From assembly GCA_963836075.1 (NCBI GenBank), contig CAWIIB010000009.1, forward strand, positions 2,528,001 through 2,592,000: DNA of 64,000 nt. Reading direction: 5' to 3'. The translations under genes and the position numbers were made by a program. The DNA is from an uncultured Acidobacteriota bacterium. Lineage in GTDB: Bacteria > Acidobacteriota > JAQAZP01. The notes under the pieces are model-generated. The model saw only the letters and a list, made by a program, of their open reading frames with translations, was not told the DNA's origin and searched no databases. Below are positions 20,912 to 31,441 of this stretch, piece by piece (the stretch's first letter is position 1; every line of letters starts with the position of its first letter).

Positions 20912-21646
20912 ATGGCGGATTCATCGGAAGCGAACGGCTCCCTGCGGCTCGAGCGTCTGGAGCGGATCTACGAGGAAAATCCGGGCACCCGTCTCTTCCT
21001 CGCCCTTGCCGAAGAATATTTTCGGGACGGGCAGCTGGAGAAGGCGGTGGAGGTCTGCCGGGGCGGCCTGGAGAGTTTCCCCGGCTACACCTCGGCCAGG
21101 GTGACCCTGGCCCGCTCGCTGATCGACCTGGGGCAGGATGCCGATGCCGAGCGGGAACTGGACGCGGTGCTGGGCAACTCCCCGGACAACCTGCTGGCTT
21201 CGCGGCTCTTTGCGGCGCTGTTGATCCGGCAGGGCCGTCTCGACCAGGCCGAACCGGTGGTTGACCGGTTGCTGGACCTCAGCCCGGACGACGAGGAAGG
21301 CCTGCGCTTCCGGCACCAGCTGGAGCATCCCGGCGAAGTGGAAGCGGAGCCCGCGGCCGTTTCCCGGGGTGAGCAGATCAAGACCTCCACCCTGGCCCGG
21401 CTCTACGAGGAGCAGGGGCTGCACGAGAAAGCCCTGGGGGTCTACGACACGCTGCTGGCCATGAATCCGGACAATCAGGAGATCGCCACCCGCGCCGCCG
21501 CCCTGCGGTCCCGCCTGGCTGAAGAGATGGCCGGAGCACCCGGCGATATTGCTGCCGGGGCCGGTGCCCGACGGCGGATCGAAAGTCTGGGCCGCCTGCT
21601 GGATGCCGCCCGCGCTCTTTCCCCCGACCGCTCGGGGAGCGACTGA
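20912..21646 (+). CDS. Tetratricopeptide repeat protein
   Basis: TPR-like repeats (FLALAEEY, ARVTLARSL, TLARLYEEQG). Confidence 0.85.
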   Translation: MADSSEANGSLRLERLERIYEENPGTRLFLALAEEYFRDGQLEKAVEVCRGGLESFPGYTSARVTLARSLIDLGQDADAERELDAVLGNSPDNLLASRLFAALLIRQGRLDQAEPVVDRLLDLSPDDEEGLRFRHQLEHPGEVEAEPAAVSRGEQIKTSTLARLYEEQGLHEKALGVYDTLLAMNPDNQEIATRAAALRSRLAEEMAGAPGDIAAGAGARRRIESLGRLLDAARALSPDRSGSD

Positions 21647-21682
21647 CCCGCCGGCAGCGGTTCGGGCCCGCGGGAGAAACCG

Positions 21683-22057
21683 ATGTCCAACATGATCGGC
21701 AATGAGCTTCGCAGACTGGTGCAGCAGGTGGACGGTGCCCGGCGGGCCTCCCTGGTGGGTACCGACGGGCTGGCCATTGCCACCGAACCCCCCGGCGGCA
21801 GCGGGGGGGAGGATAACTGGGAGGATCTGGCCACCGACTACGCCGCGCTGCTCCGCCGGTTGAGCAGCGGGCAGGGCGACCTCTCCTTCGGCCAGCCGCG
21901 GGAACTGCTGCTGCGTGCGGAACAGGCCCAGTTGCTACTGATGCCGGTGAGCGACGATTGTTTTCTCGTTCTCCTGCTGGGTCCGGACAGCCCGGCCGGG
22001 ATGGCGGCCCACCTGATGCGCGGCGCCGGCATGCGTCTCCGGGACGAGCTCGGTTGA
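21683..22057 (+). CDS. Roadblock/LC7 (MglB-like) domain protein
   Basis: LVQQVDGARRASLVGTDGLAI motif, 124 aa. Confidence 0.8.
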   Translation: MSNMIGNELRRLVQQVDGARRASLVGTDGLAIATEPPGGSGGEDNWEDLATDYAALLRRLSSGQGDLSFGQPRELLLRAEQAQLLLMPVSDDCFLVLLLGPDSPAGMAAHLMRGAGMRLRDELG

Positions 22058-22067
22058 CGGCCTTTTA

Positions 22068-22097
22068 TTGACTTTCCCCGAATCCGCCCGCTATAAT
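22068..22097 (+). promoter_or_regulatory. Sigma70-type promoter of efp-accB-accC
   Basis: TTGACT-N18-TATAAT. Confidence 0.7.
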
Positions 22098-22188
22098 TCC
22101 CTGTTGTACAGTCGAACATTATCCACTATCGAAAACCAGCGGATCAGATTCATTTGAAACCGCTTATGGTTAGCAGGAGAGCAGGGCG

Positions 22189-22755
22189 GTGTATTCCACT
22201 TCAGAATTTCGTAACGGCTTGAAGATCCTTTTCAACGACGCGGCCTGTATCATTGTTGAGTTTCAGCACGTGAAGCCCGGCAAGGGTGGTGCGTTCATCC
22301 GCACCCGCATGAAGAACCTGAAGACGGGCCTGATTCTCGAGCACACCTTCCGCTCCGGCGAGAAAGTGGGCAAGCCCGATCTGCAGGAGCGCAACATGCA
22401 GTTTCTCTACAGCTCGGACGATGAATTCAACTTCATGGACATGGACAACTACGAACAGGTCCAGATCAGCGGCGAAATGCTTGGTGACAAGGTCGGGCTC
22501 CTCGGCGAGAACCAGGAGGTGGTGATGCTCTTCCATGGTTCGGAAGTCCTGGGTATGGAACTCCCGATGTTCATCGAAATCCCCATCGCCGAGACCAGCC
22601 CCGGGGTTCGTGGCGACACGGCCTCCGGCGGCTCCAAACCGGCCACCCTGGAGACCGGGGCGGTGATCAACGTGCCGCTGTTCCTCAACGAGGGGGACGT
22701 GGTCAAGGTCGATACCCGCACCGGGGATTACGTGGAACGCGTATCCGCCCGCTGA
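22189..22755 (+). CDS. efp: Elongation factor P
   Basis: [25 protein letters not shown] and VDTRTGDY motifs. Confidence 0.97.
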   Translation: MYSTSEFRNGLKILFNDAACIIVEFQHVKPGKGGAFIRTRMKNLKTGLILEHTFRSGEKVGKPDLQERNMQFLYSSDDEFNFMDMDNYEQVQISGEMLGDKVGLLGENQEVVMLFHGSEVLGMELPMFIEIPIAETSPGVRGDTASGGSKPATLETGAVINVPLFLNEGDVVKVDTRTGDYVERVSAR

Positions 22756-22824
22756 CGGGTCGTCACCCGAAGGCAGGCACAGCCACCGGCCGCCGCTGGC
22801 GGTCAGAGACGGAGCAAGCAAAGC

Positions 22825-23334
22825 GTGAACTTCGAAGAAATCAAGGAACTGGTCGAGATCATCTCCACCCGCAACGTCAACGAGTTCGAGATGGAGCGGG
22901 CAGGCATCAAAATCCGTATCAGCAAGAATCAGCCGGCGGCCCAGGTTGCACCTGCACCCGCTCCAGTGATCTCCCTCAGCCCGCCCGTGGCCGGCGCGGG
23001 CGATGCGCTGACCAGTCCCCAGCCGCCGGTGGTGGCGCCGCCGGCCACCCCCGCGGGCAGCGCCGCGGCGCCGGCCGAGGCGGAGGAGGAAGGGCTGCTG
23101 CTGGTCAAGTCACCGATGGTGGGCACCTTCTATGCCGCCCCGAGCCCCGAATCCCCGCCCTATACCAAGAGTGGCGACGAAGTCTCGCCGGGCAAGGTGC
23201 TCTGTATCGTCGAAGCGATGAAGCTGATGAACGAGATCGAGAGCGAAGTCAGCGGCACCGTGGTCAAGGTTTACCCCGAGAACGGCCAGCCGGTGGAGTT
23301 CGGCGAGATCCTGTTCTCCATTCGGCCACGGTAA
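22825..23334 (+). CDS. accB: Acetyl-CoA carboxylase biotin carboxyl carrier protein
   Basis: SPMVGTFY and the EAMKLMNEI biotinylation motif. Confidence 0.96.
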   Translation: MNFEEIKELVEIISTRNVNEFEMERAGIKIRISKNQPAAQVAPAPAPVISLSPPVAGAGDALTSPQPPVVAPPATPAGSAAAPAEAEEEGLLLVKSPMVGTFYAAPSPESPPYTKSGDEVSPGKVLCIVEAMKLMNEIESEVSGTVVKVYPENGQPVEFGEILFSIRPR

Positions 23335-23372
23335 CCGGTCCCCAGCCGGTTCATGGAAAGCGGTTCCCATAC

Positions 23373-24731
23373 ATGTTCAAGAAAATTCTGATTGCCAACC
23401 GGGGGGAGATAGCGCTCCGCACCATCTGGGCCTGCCGGGAACTGGGGGTGAAGACGGTGGCGGTCTATTCTTCGGAAGATGCCGACTCTCTTCATGTCCG
23501 CTTTGCCGATGAGGACATCTGTATCGGACCGGCACCGAACAAGGCCAGTTACCTCAATATTCCGGCGGTGATCAGCGCCGCCGAGCTCACCGGCGCCGAC
23601 GGCATCCACCCCGGATACGGTTTCCTGGCGGAAAACGCCCATTTTGCCGAGATCTGCAACGCCTGCCGCATCACCTTCATCGGGCCCGACCCGTCGGTGA
23701 TCAGGAATATGGGCGACAAGGCCAAGGCCCGGGAAACCATGATCGCCGCCGGGGTGCCGGTGGTGCCGGGCAGCGAAGGGGTGGTGAAGACCGAAGAACA
23801 GGCCCTGGAACTGGCCGAGGGGATCGGCTACCCGGTGATCCTCAAGGCCGCCGCCGGCGGCGGCGGCAAGGGGATGCGCACGGCTTTCTCGAGCACCGAA
23901 CTGCGCGATTCATTCAAGCTGACCCAGGCCGAGGCAGTCTCCGCCTTCGGCAACGGCACCCTCTACCTTGAAAAGTTTCTGGTCAATCCGCGCCACGTGG
24001 AGTTCCAGATCCTCGGTGACACCCAGGGCAACGTGCAGCAGCTGGGAGAGCGCGACTGCTCGATCCAGCGGCGGCACCAGAAACTGATCGAGGAGTCGCC
24101 CTCCCCGGCCCTCAACCCGGAACTGCGGGCGAAGATGGCCGCCACCGCGGTGGCCGCGGCCAGGGCGGTGAACTACACCAGCGTGGGCACCATCGAGTTC
24201 CTGCTGGACAGCGACCACAACTACTACTTCATGGAGATGAACACCCGGATCCAGGTGGAGCACCCGGTGACCGAGATGGTGATGGGGGTGGACCTGATCA
24301 AGGAGCAGATCCGCATCGCCGCCGGCGAGCCGCTGTCCGAGCGGCTGGGAAGTTTCAATCACCGGGGCCACAGCATCGAGTGCCGGATCAATGCCGAAGA
24401 CCCGGAGACCTTCGCCCCCTGCCCGGGAAACATCACCGATCTCTACTTCCCCGGCGGCCCCGGTGTGCGCTTCGACTCGGCGCTACACGGGGCGAGCAAA
24501 GTCTCCCGCTACTACGATTCGTTGATCGCCAAGGTGATCACCCACGGCGCCGACCGCACCGAGGCCCTGGTCCGTATGCGCCGGGCCCTGCAGGCGGTGG
24601 TCATCGAGGGGGTGAAGACGTCGATCCCCTTCCTGCTGCAGGTGATCGAGGACCCGGACTTCATCAAGGGCGAGTATTCCACCGGGTACCTGGAGAAGTT
24701 CATGGCCCGCAAGAAAGCCGGGCAGTCCTGA
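23373..24731 (+). CDS. accC: Biotin carboxylase
   Basis: [36 protein letters not shown] and [10 protein letters not shown] motifs. Confidence 0.97.
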   Translation: MFKKILIANRGEIALRTIWACRELGVKTVAVYSSEDADSLHVRFADEDICIGPAPNKASYLNIPAVISAAELTGADGIHPGYGFLAENAHFAEICNACRITFIGPDPSVIRNMGDKAKARETMIAAGVPVVPGSEGVVKTEEQALELAEGIGYPVILKAAAGGGGKGMRTAFSSTELRDSFKLTQAEAVSAFGNGTLYLEKFLVNPRHVEFQILGDTQGNVQQLGERDCSIQRRHQKLIEESPSPALNPELRAKMAATAVAAARAVNYTSVGTIEFLLDSDHNYYFMEMNTRIQVEHPVTEMVMGVDLIKEQIRIAAGEPLSERLGSFNHRGHSIECRINAEDPETFAPCPGNITDLYFPGGPGVRFDSALHGASKVSRYYDSLIAKVITHGADRTEALVRMRRALQAVVIEGVKTSIPFLLQVIEDPDFIKGEYSTGYLEKFMARKKAGQS

Positions 24732-24756
24732 TCCCCCCCATCACTTCGGGAGGACC

Positions 24757-26274
24757 ATGCAGAGAGCGCAGGGAGAGCGGTTCAACACACGCCACGCCCT
24801 GATTCTCGCCGCTCTCGGCATGGCCATCGGCACCGGCAACATCTGGCGTTTTCCCCGGGTGGCGGCCCAGCACGCCGAGCATGGCGCCGGTGCGTTCATC
24901 ATCGCCTGGCTGGCCGGCCTGGTCCTCTGGTCGGTACCGCTGCTGATGGTGGAGCTCTCCATGGGCCGCCGCACACGCTTGGGCACGGTGGGCAGTTTCG
25001 GTCGGCTGCTGGGCCCCGGCAAGACCTGGATGGGCGGCTGGGTCACCCTCTGCTCGGTGGCCATCCTCTTCTATTACGCAGTGATCACCGGCTGGTGCTT
25101 CCGCTACCTGGCCGCGGCCGTGGTTGGCTGGGACAGCAGCGGGTCCGAAGGCGTGGGGGCCATCGATGCCTGGCTGGCCTTCAGCGGCTCGTGGCAGCCG
25201 GTGCTTTTCCTTTTTCTGGCCCTCACTGCCGCCGTCGCGGTGGTGGCCGGTGGGGCGGTGCGCGGCATCGAGCGGGCCAACCGGCTGCTGATCCCGGTGC
25301 TTTTCGGCCTGCTGGTGCTGGGGGCGGCCCGCACCCTGACCCTCCCCGGCGCCGGGGAGGGTGTGGCCTTCCTCTTCCGGCTCCACCCGCCCGATTTCCT
25401 CCAGCACCGGCTCTGGCTCGACGCCCTGACCCAGTCGGCCTGGTCCACCGGTGCCGGGTGGGGGCTCCTGCTGACCTATGCCGTCTACTCCCGGCGTGAC
25501 CAGCCGGTGGCGGGAAGCTGTCTGATCACCGGCCTGGGCAACAACTGCGCCTCGCTGCTGGCCGCACTGATGATCATTCCCACCGCCTTTGCCGCCCTGC
25601 CCGCCGCCGCGGCCCAGGAGATCCTCGGCCAGTCGGGGCCGGCCAACACCGGCATGGCCTTTATCTGGATTCCCCACCTGCTGAACCAGTTCCCGGCGGG
25701 CCGTTTCTTCCTGGTGCTCTTTTTCCTGGCCCTCAGCCTGGCCGCGCTCACCTCGCTGATCTCGCTGGTGGAACTGCCGGTGCGCAACCTGATCGACGGC
25801 GGGCTCACCCGCCGCCGGGCACTGGGCCTGGTCTGGGGGGGCTGCTTCCTCTTCGGTCTGCCCTCGGCCCTCTCCCTCCGTTTTCTGGAAAACCAGGACT
25901 GGGTCTGGAGCGTGGGGCTGCTGGTCAGCGGTTTCCTCTTCTCTCTGGCGGCCATCCTCTACGGCCTGAAACGCTTCCGCTCCACCCTCGGCGGCAGGGG
26001 CGTCGAACAGCCGGCCGGGCGCTGGTTCAGCTTGCTGGTCGGCATCGTGATCCCGCTGGAGTTTGCGTTGCTCTTCATCTGGTGGCTCTGGCAGTCCACC
26101 GGCTGGGCCACCGGCGGCAGCTGGTGGAACCCCCTGGAGCCCTTCGGCGGCGGTACCTGCCTCCTGCAGTGGGGCGTGGTGCTGGGGCTGCTGCTCCTGC
26201 TGGGGCCGCGGCTCTACCGCTGGACCGCCGGGCGCAGCGCTGCCGCGGCGGACGAACCCGGGGCCGCTGACTGA
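24757..26274 (+). CDS. Sodium-dependent transporter (NSS/SNF family)
   Basis: GMAIGTGNIWRFP motif and multiple TM segments. Confidence 0.9.
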   Translation: MQRAQGERFNTRHALILAALGMAIGTGNIWRFPRVAAQHAEHGAGAFIIAWLAGLVLWSVPLLMVELSMGRRTRLGTVGSFGRLLGPGKTWMGGWVTLCSVAILFYYAVITGWCFRYLAAAVVGWDSSGSEGVGAIDAWLAFSGSWQPVLFLFLALTAAVAVVAGGAVRGIERANRLLIPVLFGLLVLGAARTLTLPGAGEGVAFLFRLHPPDFLQHRLWLDALTQSAWSTGAGWGLLLTYAVYSRRDQPVAGSCLITGLGNNCASLLAALMIIPTAFAALPAAAAQEILGQSGPANTGMAFIWIPHLLNQFPAGRFFLVLFFLALSLAALTSLISLVELPVRNLIDGGLTRRRALGLVWGGCFLFGLPSALSLRFLENQDWVWSVGLLVSGFLFSLAAILYGLKRFRSTLGGRGVEQPAGRWFSLLVGIVIPLEFALLFIWWLWQSTGWATGGSWWNPLEPFGGGTCLLQWGVVLGLLLLLGPRLYRWTAGRSAAAADEPGAAD

Positions 26275-26295
26275 TCCGTTGCCGGGGCTCCGGTT

Positions 26296-26324
26296 TTGCG
26301 TGGCGCGGCCTGCTGTTCTATACT
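26296..26324 (+). promoter_or_regulatory. Putative sigma70-type promoter for the second NSS gene
   Basis: TTGCGT-N17-TATACT. Confidence 0.5.
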
Positions 26325-26422
26325 ATGTGCACGGGAGCCGGGGGGGCGTCACAAGATCCTGGGGTATCCCACTGCACTTCAATGCGCGGACCATCAACAG
26401 GCATTTCCGGGGGTGTGTGTCC

Positions 26423-27964
26423 ATGGCCATGACTACGGGCTGCGGGGATCGTGAAAAGTGGGGATCCCGCATCGGATTCGTGATGGCTGCCGCCGGTTCG
26501 GCTGTGGGCCTGGGCAATATCTGGAGTTTCCCCTACCTCGCCGGCAAGCACGGCGGCGCCGCCTTCCTCCTGCTCTACCTCTCCTGTGTGGTGCTGGTGG
26601 GGCTGCCGGTGATGCTCACCGAACTGATCATTGGCCGCCGTTCGGAAAAGAATCCGGTGGGAGCCTACGCCGCGCTGAAGCCCGGCACGCCCTGGTATCT
26701 GGTGGGTGGTATGGGCGTGGCCGCGGGGTTCATCATCCTCTCCTTTTACAGCGTGGTGGCCGGCTGGGTGCTGGGCTACTTCATCGAATCGCTTACCGGC
26801 ACGCTGAGCCGGATGGATACCCCGGCGCTTGCCACCTATTTTGACAATTTTGCCGCGAACCCCTGGAAAGCCGTGGGCTACCACTTGGCCTTCATCGGTC
26901 TCTGCGTGATGATCGTCATTCAGGGGGTCCGGGGCGGAATCGAGCGCTGGAGCAAGATCCTGATGCCGGTGCTCTTCCTGCTGCTGATCATCCTCGTGCT
27001 GCGCGGCCTGACCCTGCCCGGGTCGTCGGGCGGCGTGCGCTTCCTCTTTGCGCCCGACTGGAGCAAACTCAACGCCGAGACATTCATGGCCGCTCTGGGC
27101 CAGGCCTGCTTCACGCTCTCCATCGGCATGGGGGCGATGATCACCTACGGCAGTTACATGAGCCGGCGGGACAACCTGCCCTGCGCCACCCTGCAGGTCA
27201 GCGCCATGGATACCTTTATTGCGCTGCTGGCCGGGATGGCCATCTTTCCGGCGGTCTTCGCCCTCGGGCTCCAGCCCGGCGAGGGGCCGGGCCTGCTGTT
27301 CAAGACCCTGCCCTCGGTATTCAACCAGCTGCCGGGCGGCGGTGTCTTCTCCTCGCTCTTTTTCTTCCTGGTGGTGATCGCCGCCATCACCTCGGGCATC
27401 TCGCTGCTGGAGGTGGTCACCGCCTACATGGTGGACGAGCGGGGGATGTCGCGCCGCCAGGCGGCCGTGATCTTCGGCGGCGTGATCTTTCTCCTCGGCA
27501 TCCCCTCGGCCCTCTCCAGCGGGGCCAGCGACTTCTTCACCAATTTCACCGCCCGGGTGGGCGGGCTGGTGGGGCTGGGCAGCCCTGGTGGCGCCGGGAT
27601 GTCCTTTTTTGATTTCGCCTTCCACATTTCCGCCGACTACATGCTGCCCCTGGGGTCGTTCCTCTGCTGCATTTTCATCGGCTGGGCCGTGGGAAAGCGG
27701 ATCGCCGTCGCCGAGGTCCGGGACGGCAACCCGGCGTTCCCCACGGCCCCGATCTGGATCTTCCTGGTGCGCTACCTCTCGCCTTTTCTGGTGGGCCAGA
27801 TCCTGCTCTTCGGCATCCTCGGTGAATTCCGCACCGCGTCGGTGAGCGCCTTTTCCAGCTCGCTGATGTCGCTGCTGGTCAAGATCGACGTTACCCTGGC
27901 CGTCATCTTCTTTCTGGTCAGCGCCTGGTATCTGATCTTCGGCCGCCAGCGGGGACGTCCGTGA
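26423..27964 (+). CDS. Sodium-dependent transporter (NSS/SNF family)
   Basis: REKWGSRIGF, GSAVGLGNIWSFPY and GQACFTLSIGMGAMITYGSY motifs. Confidence 0.92.
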   Translation: MAMTTGCGDREKWGSRIGFVMAAAGSAVGLGNIWSFPYLAGKHGGAAFLLLYLSCVVLVGLPVMLTELIIGRRSEKNPVGAYAALKPGTPWYLVGGMGVAAGFIILSFYSVVAGWVLGYFIESLTGTLSRMDTPALATYFDNFAANPWKAVGYHLAFIGLCVMIVIQGVRGGIERWSKILMPVLFLLLIILVLRGLTLPGSSGGVRFLFAPDWSKLNAETFMAALGQACFTLSIGMGAMITYGSYMSRRDNLPCATLQVSAMDTFIALLAGMAIFPAVFALGLQPGEGPGLLFKTLPSVFNQLPGGGVFSSLFFFLVVIAAITSGISLLEVVTAYMVDERGMSRRQAAVIFGGVIFLLGIPSALSSGASDFFTNFTARVGGLVGLGSPGGAGMSFFDFAFHISADYMLPLGSFLCCIFIGWAVGKRIAVAEVRDGNPAFPTAPIWIFLVRYLSPFLVGQILLFGILGEFRTASVSAFSSSLMSLLVKIDVTLAVIFFLVSAWYLIFGRQRGRP

Positions 27965-28500
27965 ACCACCCCACCGGCGCCATGGGCATCATTTATCTCA
28001 CCGGTTTCATGGGGTCGGGTAAAAGCACGGTGGGCCGCGAGCTGGCTCGCCTCCTGGACCGCCCGTTCATCGACCTCGACTCGCTCATCGAAGGCCGCGA
28101 GGGTCGCAGCATCGCCCGCATCTTTGTCCGGGGGGGCGAAACGGCCTTCCGGGAAGCTGAAGGGCGTGCCCTGGCAGCCCTCGCGGTGCAGCAGGGCCCG
28201 GTGGTGGCCACCGGGGGCGGAACTGTCCTCTCCCGTGAAAACCGGCAACTGATGGCCCGCACCGGCCTGCGGATCTGGCTCAAGTGCCCGTTGGCGGAGA
28301 TCCTCCGACGCCTGGAGGCCTGCACCGGGGAGCCGGACCACCGGCCGCTCTGGACCGGCGACCGGCAGGAGCTGGCGCACCTGCTGGAGGAACGGACGCC
28401 GGTCTATGCCGCTTCGGCCGAACTGACTGTGGATGCCACGGCAGCGGCGGCGGAGACCGCAGGGGCCATCGTGCGCTGGCTGGAGGGACGGGGGTCGTGA
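27961..28500 (+). CDS. aroK: Shikimate kinase
   Basis: GFMGSGKSTVG, DLD, FREAE, ATGGG and RPL motifs. Confidence 0.93.
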   Translation: MNHPTGAMGIIYLTGFMGSGKSTVGRELARLLDRPFIDLDSLIEGREGRSIARIFVRGGETAFREAEGRALAALAVQQGPVVATGGGTVLSRENRQLMARTGLRIWLKCPLAEILRRLEACTGEPDHRPLWTGDRQELAHLLEERTPVYAASAELTVDATAAAAETAGAIVRWLEGRGS

Positions 28501-29246
28501 AGACGTATCTGTTGCTCAGCGATATTCACGCCAACATCGAGGCGCTGGACGCGGTGCTGGAGGTTGACCGGATGCTGCCGCCCCCCGACGCGGTGCTGAT
28601 TCTCGGCGACCTGGTGGGCTACGGGCCCGATCCCGCCGCCGTTATTTCCCGCATCCGCCAGCTGCCCGGACCGCTGCTGATCATTCGCGGCAATCACGAC
28701 CGGGTGGTGGCGGGTATCGATTCGGCTGCCGGGTTTAACGAGGATGCCCGGGCCGCGGCCAGCTGGTCCCGTGGGGTGCTGAGCCCCGAGGACCAGGCCT
28801 GGCTGTCCATGCTGCCCCGGGGCCCGTTGATTCTCGACCGGGGCGAGGTGGCCGTTCACGGGTCACCGCTGGATGAGGACCAGTATCTCTACTCGGCGGG
28901 CCCCATCCGGCAGGCCTTCGACACGGTGCCGGCGCCGCTGATCTTCTGCGGTCACACTCACCAGCCCCTGGCCGCGGTGATGGAGGAGGGCCGCTGCACG
29001 GTCCGGCCCCTGCGGCGGCCCAAGGAAGAGCTGGTGCGCCGCTCCGGGCGGCCCCTGCTGTTCAACCCCGGTTCGGTGGGGCAGCCCCGGGACGGCGACC
29101 CCCGTGCGGCCTATGCCCGCTACCACACGGACACCGGGCGGATCACCTTTTTTCGCGTGGCCTACGATTACCGCCCCACTGTGCGCAAAATGCACGATGC
29201 CGGGCTCCCGGATTTCCTCTCCCGGCGCCTGGCTGCCGGCCGCTGA
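28497..29246 (+). CDS. Calcineurin-like metallophosphoesterase
   Basis: SDIHAN, GDLVGYG, RGNHD, GHTH and NPGSVGQPRDG motifs. The GTG start overlaps the aroK stop. Confidence 0.92.
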   Translation: MKTYLLLSDIHANIEALDAVLEVDRMLPPPDAVLILGDLVGYGPDPAAVISRIRQLPGPLLIIRGNHDRVVAGIDSAAGFNEDARAAASWSRGVLSPEDQAWLSMLPRGPLILDRGEVAVHGSPLDEDQYLYSAGPIRQAFDTVPAPLIFCGHTHQPLAAVMEEGRCTVRPLRRPKEELVRRSGRPLLFNPGSVGQPRDGDPRAAYARYHTDTGRITFFRVAYDYRPTVRKMHDAGLPDFLSRRLAAGR

Positions 29247-29465
29247 GCGGACGGGGCGCCTCCTGCCTCACAGGTCAGAAATCTTCTTCCGGAACCGCTC
29301 AACACCGGACCCCAACAGGCCGATAGGAAGTTGAACGCCTTGCTTGCCGGCGGCTGCTGTTGATGCCGGTCAAAGTGCCGGATTGGATGCTGTTGATTCC
29401 TCTCCAGCGGCAGACAGTTGAGAACGCCGTCCATCGCGCCGGGATCCCAGTCGCCTGCCGCCGGA

Positions 29466-31202
29466 ATGTCGAAGAGGCTCGTGATGCGAATCGGTGACAT
29501 GCTGGTCAGTGCGGGGCTGATCAATGAACAACAGTTGAAAGAGGTCCTGGTCAAGCAGAAGGAAGAGGGGGGGAAAGTGGGATCCCTCCTGGTCAAGCAC
29601 GGATACATCCAGGAAGAAGACCTCACCTCCCACCTCAGTCAGCAGTATGGCGTCCCGGCGATCAACCTCGGCAGTTTCGAGATCGACGAATCCATTTTCA
29701 AGCTGATTCCGGCGGAGACGGCCCGCAAGTACGAACTGATCCCGATCAACCGTACCGGGGCCACGCTGACCATCGCCATGGTGGACCCGACCAACGTCTT
29801 CGCCATGGACGACATCAAGTTCATGACCGGCTACAACGTGGAGCCGGTGATCGCCTCCGAGGTGGCCATCCTCGAGGCCATCGAGAACTATTACCAGAGC
29901 ACGTCGGCCATCGAGTTGAAACGGGTGATGGACGACCTCACCGCCCAGTCGGCGGTGGACGACATGGAGGTGCTGGACACCGACGACGACGACCTGGACA
30001 TCAGTTCCGAGGAACTGGAAGCCGCCGAGGAGGCGCCGGTGATCAAGCTGGTCAACCTGATCTTCAGCGACGCGCTGAAGCGGGGGGCCAGCGATATCCA
30101 CCTCGAGCCGTACGAAAAAGAATACCGGGTGCGCTTCCGCATCGACGGCGTGCTCTACGAGAGCATGCGGCCGCCGCTGAAACTGAGGGATGCGATCATC
30201 TCCCGGATCAAGATCATGGCCAAACTGGACATCTCCGAGCGCCGGCTGCCCCAGGACGGCCGGATCAAGGCCAAGATGAAGGTCGGGGGCAAGATCAAGG
30301 AGCTGGACTTCCGCGTCTCCTCCCTGCCGACCCTCTTCGGCGAGAAGGTGGTACTGCGGCTGCTGGACAAGGACAACCTGATGCTCGACATGACCAAGCT
30401 CGGCTTCGAGGTGGAGTCGCTGAAGCGGTTCGAGCGGAACATCGTCAAACCGTACGGCATCATCCTGGTCACCGGGCCCACCGGCAGCGGCAAAACCAAC
30501 ACGCTTTACTCCTCCATCTCGCGGCTCAACTCGCCGGAGACGAACATCATGACCGCCGAGGACCCGGTGGAATTCAACCTCAACGGCATCAACCAGGTGC
30601 AGATGAAGGAACAGATCGGCCTCAACTTCGCCTCGACTCTCCGGTCGTTCCTGCGCCAGGACCCCAACATCATCCTGGTGGGTGAGATCCGGGATTTCGA
30701 GACCGCGGAGATCGCCATCAAGGCCGCACTCACCGGCCACCTGGTGCTCAGTACGCTGCACACCAACGACGCCCCCAGCACCATCAACCGGCTGATGAAC
30801 ATGGGCATCGAGCCGTTCCTCGTCTCCACCTCGCTGAACCTGATCTGCGCCCAGCGGTTGATCCGCCGCATCTGCAGCGAGTGCAAGATCGAGATCACCT
30901 CGGTGCCCCAGGCGTTGGTGGAGATCGGTTTCTCCCAGGAAGAGGCGGAGACGGTGCAGCTCTACCGCGGAGAGGGCTGTACTACCTGCAACAATACCGG
31001 CTACAAGGGCCGGGTGGGGTTGTATGAAGTGCTCGAGGCCACCGACGACATCAAGGAGCTGGTGCTCTGCGGCGCCTCGGCGGTGGAGATCAAGGAGAAG
31101 GCGATGGAGCAGGGAATGATCTCCCTGCGTCACAGCGGTCTGCAGAAAATCCGCAACGGTGTGACCACCGTTGAGGAGGTGTTGCGGGAGACCGTTGCCT
31201 GA
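29466..31202 (+). CDS. pilB: Type IV pilus assembly ATPase PilB with an N-terminal MshEN domain
   Basis: GPTGSGKT Walker A, LRQDP, GHLVLSTLHTN and a tetracysteine motif. The start could also be 29481 or 29484. Confidence 0.96.
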   Translation: MSKRLVMRIGDMLVSAGLINEQQLKEVLVKQKEEGGKVGSLLVKHGYIQEEDLTSHLSQQYGVPAINLGSFEIDESIFKLIPAETARKYELIPINRTGATLTIAMVDPTNVFAMDDIKFMTGYNVEPVIASEVAILEAIENYYQSTSAIELKRVMDDLTAQSAVDDMEVLDTDDDDLDISSEELEAAEEAPVIKLVNLIFSDALKRGASDIHLEPYEKEYRVRFRIDGVLYESMRPPLKLRDAIISRIKIMAKLDISERRLPQDGRIKAKMKVGGKIKELDFRVSSLPTLFGEKVVLRLLDKDNLMLDMTKLGFEVESLKRFERNIVKPYGIILVTGPTGSGKTNTLYSSISRLNSPETNIMTAEDPVEFNLNGINQVQMKEQIGLNFASTLRSFLRQDPNIILVGEIRDFETAEIAIKAALTGHLVLSTLHTNDAPSTINRLMNMGIEPFLVSTSLNLICAQRLIRRICSECKIEITSVPQALVEIGFSQEEAETVQLYRGEGCTTCNNTGYKGRVGLYEVLEATDDIKELVLCGASAVEIKEKAMEQGMISLRHSGLQKIRNGVTTVEEVLRETVA

Positions 31203-31441
31203 GCGGGGCGGGTCCCCGTTCCCCCTCCCGGAGCCCCGGGTGCCGGCAACTGGCTTTTGACAACGTAATATCAATGTTTGCAATGGATTAAAGAGGGCAA
31301 TATTAGCCGTAAAGATGTGCCCTCCCGATCCGAAAAGGTAAGTGAGGGCCGAAGGGCGCCGGCACAGTCCGGCCCGGCGCAAAGCGAGAAACGACTGGCC
31401 TGCGCAAACGCCTGGCCGGCCACAGGAAACGGGGTTCAATC

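Noticed and set aside
22119-22127. TTATCCACT, a DnaA-box-like site in the efp leader
   Set aside because: A single 8/9 match with no cluster or DUE, so not an origin.
31312-31430. pilT leader with GGCAC...GGCGCAAAGC, reminiscent of a c-di-GMP-I riboswitch
   Set aside because: It lacks the GNRA-capped P2 in the right place and the tetraloop-receptor stem.
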